Shown one piece after another: positions 1 to 9,240 of a stretch of DNA of 63,962 nucleotides (the stretch's first letter is position 1; each line of letters starts with the position of its first letter). A model generated the notes under the pieces. That model saw nothing but the letters and a program-made list of their open reading frames with translations, searched no databases and was not told the DNA's origin. Both the position numbers and the translations under genes were made by a program. This DNA is from an uncultured virus (IMG/VR IMGVR_UViG_3300009376_000002) (lineage: Duplodnaviria; Heunggongvirae; Uroviricota; Caudoviricetes): IMG/VR virus record IMGVR_UViG_3300009376_000002. The stretch is one strand, 5' to 3'.

Positions 1-1
1 A

Positions 2-574
2 GAGCACGTAGTTGATTATCCGGATCACGGCGCTCACCCCATCAAGGTTACGAGCATAGAAGAAGGTATCCAGGCTTTCTCTCTAGACGATGACTTTGTG
101 CTAGGAAAGCTATCAGACAATCAGCTTGTTAACGTTGTCACGATTATGGATGTTGCTAAAAAGCAAAAATTTGATGAGTTTACGCTGCTGGCTATTGCAT
201 TCCGAGAATCATCTTTCAAGACGGGACTAATATCCAGACAGGGAGATGTAGGAGTCTTCCAGATCAACGGTCGCTGGTGGTGGAAGAAACTAGGATACAC
301 AAGTCGGGCAGACTTTACTGCAAAAAACCAAGACGTAGCTACCAGCGCAAGAAACGCGATCATTATTATAAAAAAATTTAAGAGATTCAAGACCTGTCGA
401 GGAGATAAGGTTTTTGCCTGCTATAACGGCGGGCCAGGATGGCAACTCTCCAAGAACGTTGAAAAGATCAAAGCTTACCAGAAACGTGTTATTCGTGCCC
501 GATACTTAATTTCGCGCCACATGAAGCGTTGGAAGCAGGAGATCAAAGGTGAGCGATCCCAACCATCCCCGTAA
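2..574 (+). CDS. Lytic transglycosylase (SLT/lysozyme-like) domain protein, 5' truncated by the window edge
   Basis: Frame is open from position 2. Motifs AIAFRESSF (catalytic Glu), GVFQIN and CYNGGPG. Confidence 0.8.
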   Translation, partial: EHVVDYPDHGAHPIKVTSIEEGIQAFSLDDDFVLGKLSDNQLVNVVTIMDVAKKQKFDEFTLLAIAFRESSFKTGLISRQGDVGVFQINGRWWWKKLGYTSRADFTAKNQDVATSARNAIIIIKKFKRFKTCRGDKVFACYNGGPGWQLSKNVEKIKAYQKRVIRARYLISRHMKRWKQEIKGERSQPSP

Positions 575-836
575 GTTCGGTGGGGGAAAGTTTCGTATCC
601 ACCATGTTGTGGATGACTGGGATCTTGGGTTCTATGATGGAAGCGCAGTCAAGCTCATTCTCGAGGCAAAATTTGGCGAGCAAGAGATACAAGATATAGA
701 AAAAGCGATAGAGTATCTTAGGCACCAAATTAGGTCGAGGGGTGAAGAGATTGAACGAGCAAATGAGGAACAGACTGCGACTTGGCGCCCTGGCTGTGGT
801 AATTACATCGTTAGTGATACCGAATCCGACGATTGA
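549..836 (+). CDS. DUF3310-like protein (T7 gp1.7/SaV-like), divergent
   Basis: The pattern HP...DDWDLGF..GSAVKLI...QDIEKAIEYL resembles the family. Confidence 0.6.
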   Translation: MSDPNHPRKFGGGKFRIHHVVDDWDLGFYDGSAVKLILEAKFGEQEIQDIEKAIEYLRHQIRSRGEEIERANEEQTATWRPGCGNYIVSDTESDD

Positions 837-938
837 CGCCCTCTCTCGCATAGCCCTTATCGGACTTTTTGCCGACTGGGCATATCAGCTATATAAACGT
901 TCATAAAACTTAGTATAATACGTCATTGGAGCTTTGAA

Positions 939-1175
939 ATGGCAAAGAAGATTTATCGTCTTGATGATGAAGTGGTCGCAGAAGTGGCCCGTTCCCTACA
1001 GCGCGCCCTGCTTACAGGCACTGACATTGTTGATCACATTCGCGCTATTGAACTTAACGTTGCTCGAGGGTCAAACATGATCGTATTAAGCCCAGAGTAT
1101 CTTGAAAGAACCCAGACAAATGACCAACGCATGGTCGACGAAGCTGAAGAATTATCTTTCGAGGGTGAAAAATAA
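939..1175 (+). CDS. Hypothetical protein
   Basis: 78 aa ORF with GGAG RBS; TATAAT at 914-919 upstream. Confidence 0.7.
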   Translation: MAKKIYRLDDEVVAEVARSLQRALLTGTDIVDHIRAIELNVARGSNMIVLSPEYLERTQTNDQRMVDEAEELSFEGEK

Positions 1176-1176
1176 A

Positions 1177-1545
1177 TTGGATCGTCTTGAGCAGATATTC
1201 TGGCTGCAAGAATCATTTATGAAGGTGCTCTCCGACAACAAGGAGAAGCTTCCAGAATGGCCTGTGGATCCTTCTGACAAGAAAGCCCAGCAGTTTATAA
1301 GGGATATTATCCATCGAGGCACAGAGGAGGCTTTCGAAGCTCTCCTCCACCTTAAGAACTGGAAGCCTCATAAGCACACCGAGGTCAAAGAGTTTGACAG
1401 AGATGCTTTTCTCGAGGAAATGGTAGATGATTTCACCTATAAGCTCGAAGCTCTTATTCTAATGGGGTTTACACCCGAAGACTTCTTTAAGTCATTCTGC
1501 TTGAAAAACGGCAAGAATGTTAATCGTGTAAGAGGTGATTATTAA
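1177..1545 (+). CDS. All-alpha NTP pyrophosphatase (dimeric dUTPase/dCTPase-like)
   Basis: EEAFEAL...NWKPHK...FLEEMVD pattern. TTG start inferred right after the upstream stop. Confidence 0.7.
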   Translation: MDRLEQIFWLQESFMKVLSDNKEKLPEWPVDPSDKKAQQFIRDIIHRGTEEAFEALLHLKNWKPHKHTEVKEFDRDAFLEEMVDDFTYKLEALILMGFTPEDFFKSFCLKNGKNVNRVRGDY

Positions 1546-1555
1546 GTCTTAAGTG

Positions 1556-1563
1556 ATATTTAG
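1556..1563 (+). promoter_or_regulatory. Putative late-promoter motif ATATTTAG
   Basis: Recurrent ATATTTA motif directly upstream of the tail-fibre operon. Confidence 0.55.
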
Positions 1564-1580
1564 TATTGCGAGAGACTATA

Positions 1581-2888
1581 ATGCCCCTTACTCGAATCCG
1601 AACAGACGATCTACTGTCAGGTTCTGTAGCTAACGGAACTTTAAATGCGACTGCGATCACCGGACAAGCTGCTGCAACGTCAGCAGATGACGCTGACTTA
1701 GTCCTAATATACGACAACGGCGCTTCTGCTCTTAAAAAGATGACGCGTGCTAATTTTACCGCAGGCCTCTCAACCACGCTTTCCGGTGCATATGACGCAG
1801 GCAGATTTATCACTGCTTCTAATGGCGCCGTTGATATTCAAGTTTCAAGTAATACAAACGCTCCAACTGAACTGCTCAGGCTTGTAGTATCAGGTAATGT
1901 AAGCGGCACCGACTCCGGGCCAAGATTATCTTTCCATGTACCGTACTCAGACACCGCTTACATAGGTGCAGCGATTGACGGAATTAAAAGTCAGACGTCA
2001 GAGAATAACTCTACAACTGAGTTCCAGTTCTCCACGTCAGATAATAATCAAACCCTTTCGCATAACGTAACAATAAATACAAACGGCCTAGCAGTCGCAG
2101 GCACCTCGGCCACAGTTCCCACCCTCGGCAGCGAACCTCATGCATTTTATGTCGCGACCACCGGTGACGGTAGTGCGCTGACTGTTAAAAATAGCAATGG
2201 TTACGTAGGCATAGGTGAGACAAGCCCAGATTATAATCTTCACATATCTTCTACAGGAGATGCGGCGATCTTTATCGAAGCAGACACTGACAATTCAGGC
2301 GAGGCGGATAATCCCTTTATAAAGCTTTCGCAAGACAACACAGCAGTGCAATCTATCATAGGTCTTTGCGGCGCTACTGACAAGGATCCTGAGAATAACA
2401 CTTACACAGGTGTTGTTAATAACAACATGCTGATAGGAACCACGACAAACTACGGTTTACAGATTGGCACCAACGATAACGTAAGGATAACAGTTGAGAA
2501 CGATGGTGACATTAAGCTAGTATCAACTAAAGACGACACAACATCTTCCTCTGCTAACTTGTTTATAAATTCAAGCACGGGATTCCTTGCAAGGTCAACC
2601 TCGGACAGGCGTCAAAAGAAAGATATAACTGCTATTTCAAGTTCTCTTGATGATCTCTGTAGGCTTTCTCCTAGGCATTTTTACGACGTCAATGACGAAA
2701 ACAACGAAGTTAGAATTGCGGGCTTTGTTGCTGATGAAGTTCAACCTGTTTTCCCCGAGCTTGTACCTGAGAGAGAGCTACCAGAGGAGATCTACAGGTC
2801 AGTAGCTTACGATCGACTTGGTGCATATATAGTTAGCGCGATTAAAGAGATAAAGCAGCGATTAGAAGCTTTAGAAGGCGGGAGTTAA
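1581..2888 (+). CDS. Tail fibre protein with C-terminal intramolecular chaperone (peptidase S74) domain
   Basis: G/S/T/N-rich beta repeats and YVGIG. C-terminus SDRRQKKDI...GFVADEVQPVFPELV...AIKEIKQRLEALE. Confidence 0.85.
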   Translation: MPLTRIRTDDLLSGSVANGTLNATAITGQAAATSADDADLVLIYDNGASALKKMTRANFTAGLSTTLSGAYDAGRFITASNGAVDIQVSSNTNAPTELLRLVVSGNVSGTDSGPRLSFHVPYSDTAYIGAAIDGIKSQTSENNSTTEFQFSTSDNNQTLSHNVTINTNGLAVAGTSATVPTLGSEPHAFYVATTGDGSALTVKNSNGYVGIGETSPDYNLHISSTGDAAIFIEADTDNSGEADNPFIKLSQDNTAVQSIIGLCGATDKDPENNTYTGVVNNNMLIGTTTNYGLQIGTNDNVRITVENDGDIKLVSTKDDTTSSSANLFINSSTGFLARSTSDRRQKKDITAISSSLDDLCRLSPRHFYDVNDENNEVRIAGFVADEVQPVFPELVPERELPEEIYRSVAYDRLGAYIVSAIKEIKQRLEALEGGS

Positions 2889-2890
2889 TA

Positions 2891-5239
2891 ATGGGCACAA
2901 CAGGAATACGCGGAACACAGATTAAAGACGAGACGGTGAAGTCCATCGACATAGCGTCGGGATCCATCAAGAAGGGCGAAGTCAGCTCGCAAGTGATATC
3001 AAGCCAGGCGACCATAGACTCGGTTGACACTTCCAACGACATGCTCCTTATTTACGATGCTAACAATGATGCACTTAAGAAAGTGGCACCTACCAACCTA
3101 GGCGTAGGCGGATCCGGATCTCCTGGTGGGTCTGATACTCAAGTTCAATACAATAATGGCGGCTCCTTTGGCGGTGCCACACAGCTTATATACGATGATT
3201 CAAACCATCGGTTAGGCATAGGATCAACTAGTGCTCCCGACTACACACTAGATGTAGCCGGAAACATTGGAGTAGATCAATACATCTATCACAATGGAGA
3301 TGGCAACACGCTCATCAATTTTACTGATGATAAAATAATCCTCAAGGCTGGCGGCAAAGCCATGATTACTATGGAGGAAAAAGGTTCTGCACCCCACGAA
3401 ATTACGCTTAACGATGGAGGCAACAATATTGACTTTGTTGTCAAGGGTAACGGCTCCAATGCAGGAAACCCCGCATTTAAGGTGGACGCTTCTAACAATA
3501 GGGTGGGGATTAACGGGGTGGGCGACCCCAGCGTGGAGTTGGACGTCAGTGGCGATGTTAACTTTGATGGTGCTGCCGTGTTCAACGAATCAAGCGCAGA
3601 CAAAGATTTTCGTGTAGAGAGCAATGGCAATGCTAACATGCTTTTCGTCAACGGCGGCACCGATCGGGTTGGTATCGGAACTGATACACCTCTAACTACA
3701 TTGCATATAAGTGGAGCCGCGGCAACCGATTCTTGCATTACTATTCAAGGTCAGGCCGACGCCGGCATACGTCTTGCAGCGGATAAAGCCAACGGTGATG
3801 AAGGCAACAACCCCTATATCGACTGGTATCAAGACGGTCAAAACCCGACAAGTAGAAACAATAGAGTGGCAGTGATTGCTATGGAAGGTGACGCCGGCAC
3901 CGCCTTTACAGGATCCTTGGCGAACTCTCTTTTCGTCGACACTTTCTGCCCTAATTCACAGCAGTCAAATGTAAGAAGATTCCAGATCGCCACTGATTGC
4001 TCCTCCTCATCGGACGGTGCAAACCACAGCGCTAGATTAACCATTGAGGGAGGCCACGGTTATGTCGGGCTTCACACGAATGCTGCAACATCTCCTCTCC
4101 ACGTCTACTCAAATGAAAGTGGAAACTTCGCCGCACTGATCGACAATGATAACGGTTCATCTGGGCACGGCTTAAAAGTTACAAGCGACGGCACAGGCAC
4201 CGGAACTAACCTTCTCGATGTTGAGGCAGCTTCAACTACGGTATTCCGAGTTAGAGGCGACGGTCGCGTTGGTATCGGCAAGGTATCATCGCTGCCGGCA
4301 GCTGTTCTCACGGTTTCCAGCAGTAATACAGACGGCGATATCGCTGTAGCACACAAGATACAACACATTGGTGACTCGGATACCTACATTGAGTTTGCTG
4401 ACGATGAAATTGCACTGGCCGCCGGCGGCAGAACATTCATAAAAATAGAAGAAGCCAGCACAGATAAATTGATAATAAATAACGGCGGTTTAGACATTGA
4501 TTTAAAAGTAAGTGGTGAAAATCTAGCCAATCTTATTCGAACCGACGCCGCGAATGATCGGGTTGGCATAGGAACAAGCAGTCCGGACGGTATCCTTCAC
4601 ATCGATAACGGAACCTCCAACACCGAGGTCATCATCGAGAAAGACGCAGGCACTTCAGGTAGCATCGTGTTCCACAACGCTGGAACCCGAGAAGCAGACA
4701 TCGCCTTCTCTACCAACGAGGACATTGAGATCACCAACTGGGTGGCCGACAAGGACATCACGCTTAATATTGTCTCCGGAAGTACAGAAGCAGCAGCACT
4801 TACAATAGATGCTAGCACAGGTGCACTCATCGCTAATAAGCAGTTCGCTCGAGGAGTTGCTTCGCTCAATCTGGGCAGCGGCACAACTTCAACTATAGAT
4901 CCCTCAGTGGAAGGTGCTGGAACTATTCTAGTAACCTGTTCTTCGATCACTGTTCCCACCAGTGAGCCAAACGAAAGCCAACACATTTGCTCCATTCCTG
5001 ACGGCAAGATCGCCGGCCAAATATTGACCGTCTGCCTCATCACAGATTGCCTAGATGGTTCAACCGGTCTCGATAGCATGGGCGCATTAATTTTTGGAAT
5101 GGACACTCCCATACCGTCGTCCAGGGCACTCACGACCATGGGCTCAGCGCTGGGTGGCACACCGCAAGGTGCCAGCTTTACCTTATTGTGGACTGGGAGC
5201 GGATGGATGGTATTGTCCACGTTCGGCGGCATATCCTGA
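2891..5239 (+). CDS. Tail fibre-like protein with repeated VGIG modules
   Basis: Several R-V/L-G-I-G repeats, an internal duplicated module, and an N-terminal module shared with the upstream fibre. Confidence 0.75.
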   Translation: MGTTGIRGTQIKDETVKSIDIASGSIKKGEVSSQVISSQATIDSVDTSNDMLLIYDANNDALKKVAPTNLGVGGSGSPGGSDTQVQYNNGGSFGGATQLIYDDSNHRLGIGSTSAPDYTLDVAGNIGVDQYIYHNGDGNTLINFTDDKIILKAGGKAMITMEEKGSAPHEITLNDGGNNIDFVVKGNGSNAGNPAFKVDASNNRVGINGVGDPSVELDVSGDVNFDGAAVFNESSADKDFRVESNGNANMLFVNGGTDRVGIGTDTPLTTLHISGAAATDSCITIQGQADAGIRLAADKANGDEGNNPYIDWYQDGQNPTSRNNRVAVIAMEGDAGTAFTGSLANSLFVDTFCPNSQQSNVRRFQIATDCSSSSDGANHSARLTIEGGHGYVGLHTNAATSPLHVYSNESGNFAALIDNDNGSSGHGLKVTSDGTGTGTNLLDVEAASTTVFRVRGDGRVGIGKVSSLPAAVLTVSSSNTDGDIAVAHKIQHIGDSDTYIEFADDEIALAAGGRTFIKIEEASTDKLIINNGGLDIDLKVSGENLANLIRTDAANDRVGIGTSSPDGILHIDNGTSNTEVIIEKDAGTSGSIVFHNAGTREADIAFSTNEDIEITNWVADKDITLNIVSGSTEAAALTIDASTGALIANKQFARGVASLNLGSGTTSTIDPSVEGAGTILVTCSSITVPTSEPNESQHICSIPDGKIAGQILTVCLITDCLDGSTGLDSMGALIFGMDTPIPSSRALTTMGSALGGTPQGASFTLLWTGSGWMVLSTFGGIS

Positions 5240-5249
5240 TCTTCCTGGC

Positions 5250-5278
5250 TTGAACAATATGAAAATAGTGCATACAAT
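5250..5278 (+). promoter_or_regulatory. Sigma70-like promoter TTGAAC-N17-TACAAT
   Basis: Exact 17 nt spacing. Lies 6 nt before ATG 5285, so the transcript is probably leaderless. Confidence 0.55.
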
Positions 5279-5284
5279 GCTTAT

Positions 5285-6241
5285 ATGAAAACGCTACCAC
5301 AGTTGTTCCAGATCCAGGACCAGTTCTCAGAACTATTCCAAAAGAAGGATGACCTTTCCTTGGAGGAGAGGGAGCGGCTAACACAGGAGTTCTCTCTAGC
5401 ACTCCACAGTGAGGTGTCAGCCCTGATCAGTGAGATCAACTTTAAGAACCATCATCAGGATCGTAAGCAGGTGGTGGAGAACAGCATCCTTTTCGAGGGC
5501 GTTGATGTCTTCCGATATCTCTTAGCTATCTTAAATCTCTGGGGCTTCAGTGCAGAGGATTTCTCGCAGGCTTTCGACGACAAGGAGAACTACCTCCAGG
5601 TCAAGTATGTCAAGAACGCGCAGAAGTGGCAAGGCCAACCGGTCATCCTCGTGGATGCCGACGATGTGATTGTGGAGTTCCGGAAGGGCTACAGTGAGTA
5701 TCTTAATGCTATGGAAGGCATCGATGTTGACGTCAACTCCAAAGAATATTATTTCACCAACGGCATTCCAAAGGACCGCTACAATCCTGAGCAACTATTC
5801 CAGGATTTCATCGATCAGCGACGCCTCAGAGATTTAGAGCCTATCACGCCCACAATTCAAGCAATCAACGACTTGTACGACCAGGGCTATTGGATCCAGA
5901 TTCTTACAGCTAGACCTGACTGGAACAAAACATGCCAGTATGACACTTATACTTGGCTTGAAAATAGCGGCCTAAAATTCCACAAAATTGACTTTTCGCC
6001 TGAGAAGATGATTTGGGCTGCAAATAGTGAGTATTACGATTCTGAGTCGATTGTGTGCGCTATTGATGATAGTTCCAAGCACACTATGGAATATGCTAAG
6101 CATGGGATCAAAGTGGCATCGCCAGTCACGCCTTATAACGAGGAGTTGCGAGGGGTAGAGAACGTCATTATGTTCGAGACAAAGCAAGAACTTGCTGATA
6201 TCATTAAACAGTTCTCACTCCGGCGCATATTTAGCGTATGA
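5285..6241 (+). CDS. Fusion of an all-alpha dNTP pyrophosphatase and a HAD 5'(3')-deoxyribonucleotidase (NT5C-like)
   Basis: N-terminal HSEVSAL..EINFKNH...FEGVDVFRY. C-terminal ILVDADDVI, LTAR and IDDS. Confidence 0.7.
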   Translation: MKTLPQLFQIQDQFSELFQKKDDLSLEERERLTQEFSLALHSEVSALISEINFKNHHQDRKQVVENSILFEGVDVFRYLLAILNLWGFSAEDFSQAFDDKENYLQVKYVKNAQKWQGQPVILVDADDVIVEFRKGYSEYLNAMEGIDVDVNSKEYYFTNGIPKDRYNPEQLFQDFIDQRRLRDLEPITPTIQAINDLYDQGYWIQILTARPDWNKTCQYDTYTWLENSGLKFHKIDFSPEKMIWAANSEYYDSESIVCAIDDSSKHTMEYAKHGIKVASPVTPYNEELRGVENVIMFETKQELADIIKQFSLRRIFSV

Positions 6242-6909
6242 TGCGTATTACAGTTGGACAATTACGAACCCTTATAAAGGAAGCAATGCAGGAGCTGAAT
6301 CCTGATCTTGACCCAGATTGCAAGAGCTTTGCAGTATTTGATTTCGATGAGACGCTGGCACTGACGGATTCGAAAATTTTGATAACAGATGACCAGGGAA
6401 AAAAGATCCGATCTCTTACCCCCGCGCAGTATGCTCTTTATGTTCCCGAGCCGGGAGAGAACTTTGACTTTAGTGAATTTGAAATTGTCAAAGACGGTAA
6501 ACCAACTGCTTTGATGGATGTTCTGCGAGATGTGGCTGCCTGCGGAACCACCGCCGCGGCCATTTTAACAGCTCGAGGCCCTAAATCACAAGACCCTATT
6601 AGAGAGTTTCTTGCAGACATGGGGGTAAAATTGCAGATAATCGACACTGTAAACACCTCAGATCCCCAAGCCAAAGCCCGGAAGATAAAAGGCTACGTTA
6701 GATCTTATAGCCCACAAGTCTTGCACTTTTTTGAGGATTCACCTAAGAATCTCGCTGCAGTAAAGAAGATGGCAGAGTCTGATCGTGAATTTGAGAACGT
6801 AGATGTGATTTTGCATAAGATGGTGGATGGCAACAAGGTAGACGTCGAGCACGTCGTGTATAAAGGATTAAGCGCAATCGCAGCTCCTGAAGATTCAAAA
6901 CACATTTGA
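6238..6909 (+). CDS. HAD-superfamily phosphatase (PNKP/RNA-repair-like) with N-terminal tag
   Basis: FDFDETL, LTAR, K and FFEDS motifs. N-terminus MRITVGQLRTLIKEAMQE. ATATTTAG at 6227-6234. Confidence 0.7.
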   Translation: MMRITVGQLRTLIKEAMQELNPDLDPDCKSFAVFDFDETLALTDSKILITDDQGKKIRSLTPAQYALYVPEPGENFDFSEFEIVKDGKPTALMDVLRDVAACGTTAAAILTARGPKSQDPIREFLADMGVKLQIIDTVNTSDPQAKARKIKGYVRSYSPQVLHFFEDSPKNLAAVKKMAESDREFENVDVILHKMVDGNKVDVEHVVYKGLSAIAAPEDSKHI

Positions 6910-6934
6910 ACAACTAGCTTACTCAACATATAAT
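6906..6934 (+). promoter_or_regulatory. Sigma70-like promoter TTGAAC-N17-TATAAT
   Basis: Exact spacing upstream of the thyX-like gene, with an AGGAGG RBS. Confidence 0.65.
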
Positions 6935-6963
6935 AACTTATAACTTCACACAAGGAGGCAGTT

Positions 6964-7947
6964 TTGCCACAGAACCTTAGTCTTGAGCCCGTTACCCTTC
7001 CTATGCCCCTTCGCTTCGGCGAGGAACCACAGACCGAGTTTGTCAATGATCTTGACGCACTGCGTGTTGAGCTTGTCGATAGTCCAACAGCTGAGCAGAT
7101 GCGTCATGTGGCATATCGCTACGTGAAGGCAACGTGGGCCGACGCGCCCGAAGATACTGATCCGATGAATGCAACTCAAAAAGAGTTGTCAGAAACTCTT
7201 GAGGACGTGATGCAGTTTCGAGCACTCCCAGCCGGAATGGAGGCTATGAGCTTTACATTCTTAATCGGCGGGATCGATCTGCAGACCGTCACTCACCTAA
7301 TCCGTCACCGTGCCGGCACCTTTGCAGCACAATGCACCGGTGATCGCTGGCAGTCGCATAGCCGAGTACTGGCACCTGCTGCTGTTCAAAACAGCCCGGA
7401 AATCTATGGCCGCTGGAAGGACCACATTGAAGCAGGCAAGAAGCTTTACGCAGATATGATCGATACTAGGCAGATCAGCATTATGGACGCACGGACCATT
7501 CTGCCCCGTGCTATCGAAACCTTCTACTACGCGCGTTTCAACCTGAAAGATCTGATCGGTTTCATCCGCCAGCGATGTGACAAGCAGATCCAGCCCGCAG
7601 CAGACAACCTGATGGCTGCCAAGATGGCTCTGGAAGTTTGCAAGGTTATTCCTGAGGCTGCAGCCTGCATCGGTACTCGGACCCTTACTGCGCCTGCCAT
7701 GCACTACGTTCGCAACATGCGCACTGGCACCGGAACCAACCTCTACTGGCCTGATGCCGACACCGATGCACACATTGAGTATCACCCCAACGACACCATC
7801 TATCAAGCTGAGCGTGATGATGTTAATGGCACCAACCCTCCGCCTGATGAGGCAGGTGAGAATAGTAAGTTTCGGCAGCACTGGAATGCGCTTCTCGCAC
7901 AGATCAGTGACATCGAGATGGAATACAAGGATAAAATGGGTCGCTAA
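6964..7947 (+). CDS. thyX: Flavin-dependent thymidylate synthase ThyX-like, divergent active site
   Basis: THLIRHRAGTFAAQC (RHR-X7-C rather than RHR-X7-S), DARTILP and FIRQRC. Confidence 0.75.
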   Translation: MPQNLSLEPVTLPMPLRFGEEPQTEFVNDLDALRVELVDSPTAEQMRHVAYRYVKATWADAPEDTDPMNATQKELSETLEDVMQFRALPAGMEAMSFTFLIGGIDLQTVTHLIRHRAGTFAAQCTGDRWQSHSRVLAPAAVQNSPEIYGRWKDHIEAGKKLYADMIDTRQISIMDARTILPRAIETFYYARFNLKDLIGFIRQRCDKQIQPAADNLMAAKMALEVCKVIPEAAACIGTRTLTAPAMHYVRNMRTGTGTNLYWPDADTDAHIEYHPNDTIYQAERDDVNGTNPPPDEAGENSKFRQHWNALLAQISDIEMEYKDKMGR

Positions 7948-7948
7948 C

Positions 7949-8221
7949 TTGCCTTTCTCTAATCCAAACACAGCACGAAGGCGCCGGGCCATTTACCGGT
8001 GCTTTCACTTAGGTCTCACTTACTTTTCGATTAATGAGGCTCTTAATAATCAGGACGAAAAACCCTTGTCGATCGAAGATTATAAAGTTTGGAAATCTCT
8101 GCTTTACCCAATCTCAGCGGGAGATACCCTTATGAAGAAAGCTATTATCGAAGAGGGTAAATCCCTGTCTTGGGTTGCGAAACAGATAAATAAGAGGCGA
8201 CAAACCCAGACGCTATCATGA
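7949..8221 (+). CDS. Hypothetical basic protein
   Basis: TTG start just after the thyX stop; ATGA overlap with the next gene. Confidence 0.55.
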   Translation: MPFSNPNTARRRRAIYRCFHLGLTYFSINEALNNQDEKPLSIEDYKVWKSLLYPISAGDTLMKKAIIEEGKSLSWVAKQINKRRQTQTLS

Positions 8222-8427
8222 AAGAGCTAGATTTGCACGGTCTCACTCACGATCGAATAAGGGATATCGTCACAAGTTGGGTTCACAGCAACCCTCCTCC
8301 TTGCAAGATTATCACAGGAAATAGTGCTGCTATGGAGAAGCTGGTTCGAGAAGCTCTTGACAAGCACTATCGCTGTGAGTATGAAAGCTATCACAATCTA
8401 GGAGCACTCATTGTCACAAGAAGATGA
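8218..8427 (+). CDS. Stand-alone Smr domain protein
   Basis: LDLHG and IITG motifs and N-x-G-A-L-I-V. Confidence 0.75.
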   Translation: MKELDLHGLTHDRIRDIVTSWVHSNPPPCKIITGNSAAMEKLVREALDKHYRCEYESYHNLGALIVTRR

Positions 8428-8635
8428 AGAAAAAGTAGTCGAATTACCCGAAGAGTTTGCGGGCCTCGACCTGTACACAAAATCAGAATATGAAGCTGGA
8501 AGAGCGCTAATCATGGGGCTTATCCATTCCCTTCAAATTGAACAATCTAAAGCTCAGCTGTATTTTATGCTCATACCACTAGCGTTTTCAGTCGGATTAC
8601 TGCTAGGTTACTACATTTCATTTATTAACCTTTGA
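8411..8635 (+). CDS. Small protein with a C-terminal TM helix
   Basis: Hydrophobic stretch LYFMLIPLAFSVGLLLGYYISF. Confidence 0.55.
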   Translation: MSQEDEEKVVELPEEFAGLDLYTKSEYEAGRALIMGLIHSLQIEQSKAQLYFMLIPLAFSVGLLLGYYISFINL

Positions 8636-8648
8636 GAGGATATCACAA

Positions 8649-9086
8649 ATGAAGGTTTATATCGCATCCCCGTTCTTTAACCCCAAGCAAGTTGAGCAAG
8701 TTGAGTTTCTTAAAGAAGCCCTCACTGCAGCAGGTCATGAATACTTTAGCCCAAAGGATTTCTTTGTGCTCAAGCCTAATGCTACGCAAGAGGATCGCAC
8801 ACGTATCTTTGATGTGAACTGCGAGAAGATCCAGTGGGCTGACTTTGTCCTGTGCAACACGGAAGCCAAGGATCTTGGCACTATTTGGGAGGCAGGTTAT
8901 GCTTACGGCATCGAAAAGCCGGTCGTCTTCTTTGCTGAGGGCTTGCCCGATGGTAAGTTTAACGTGATGCTTAGTGAAGCCGGCAAGTCAGTCAACACCA
9001 CGCGTGAGCAGATGCAAGACTACCTTAGTCGTGTTTCCGACGCAGGGGAGCTCATCTTCGAACAATATTCAGGATTTACTCAGTAG
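8649..9086 (+). CDS. Nucleoside 2-deoxyribosyltransferase/NMP N-glycosidase family protein
   Basis: VYIASPFF, DLGTIWEAGYA and FNVML motifs. Confidence 0.85.
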   Translation: MKVYIASPFFNPKQVEQVEFLKEALTAAGHEYFSPKDFFVLKPNATQEDRTRIFDVNCEKIQWADFVLCNTEAKDLGTIWEAGYAYGIEKPVVFFAEGLPDGKFNVMLSEAGKSVNTTREQMQDYLSRVSDAGELIFEQYSGFTQ

Positions 9087-9220
9087 TGAGAAAGACCCTA
9101 CTGTTACTCTTTGCTTTTGGTTTAATGGCATCGTGTGTTCATAAGCCTAGGGTTACTATCCAAGGGTGGCGTCTAGTGCTTGATTGCGACCCCCAGGAAC
9201 CTGCTTGCGAAGAGTTTTAA
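9086..9220 (+). CDS. Small lipoprotein, 44 aa (not in the ORF track)
   Basis: GTG start overlapping the upstream stop. Sequence MRKTLLLLFAFGLMASC VHKP...CDPQEPACEEF with lipobox MASC. Confidence 0.6.
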   Translation: MRKTLLLLFAFGLMASCVHKPRVTIQGWRLVLDCDPQEPACEEF

Positions 9221-9240
9221 GATTTAACAGGAGAAATAAA

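Noticed and set aside
856..881. Hairpin GCCC..TCGG..CCGA..GGGC as an ncRNA or terminator
   Set aside because: The stem is short and imperfect with no U-tract, so support is insufficient.
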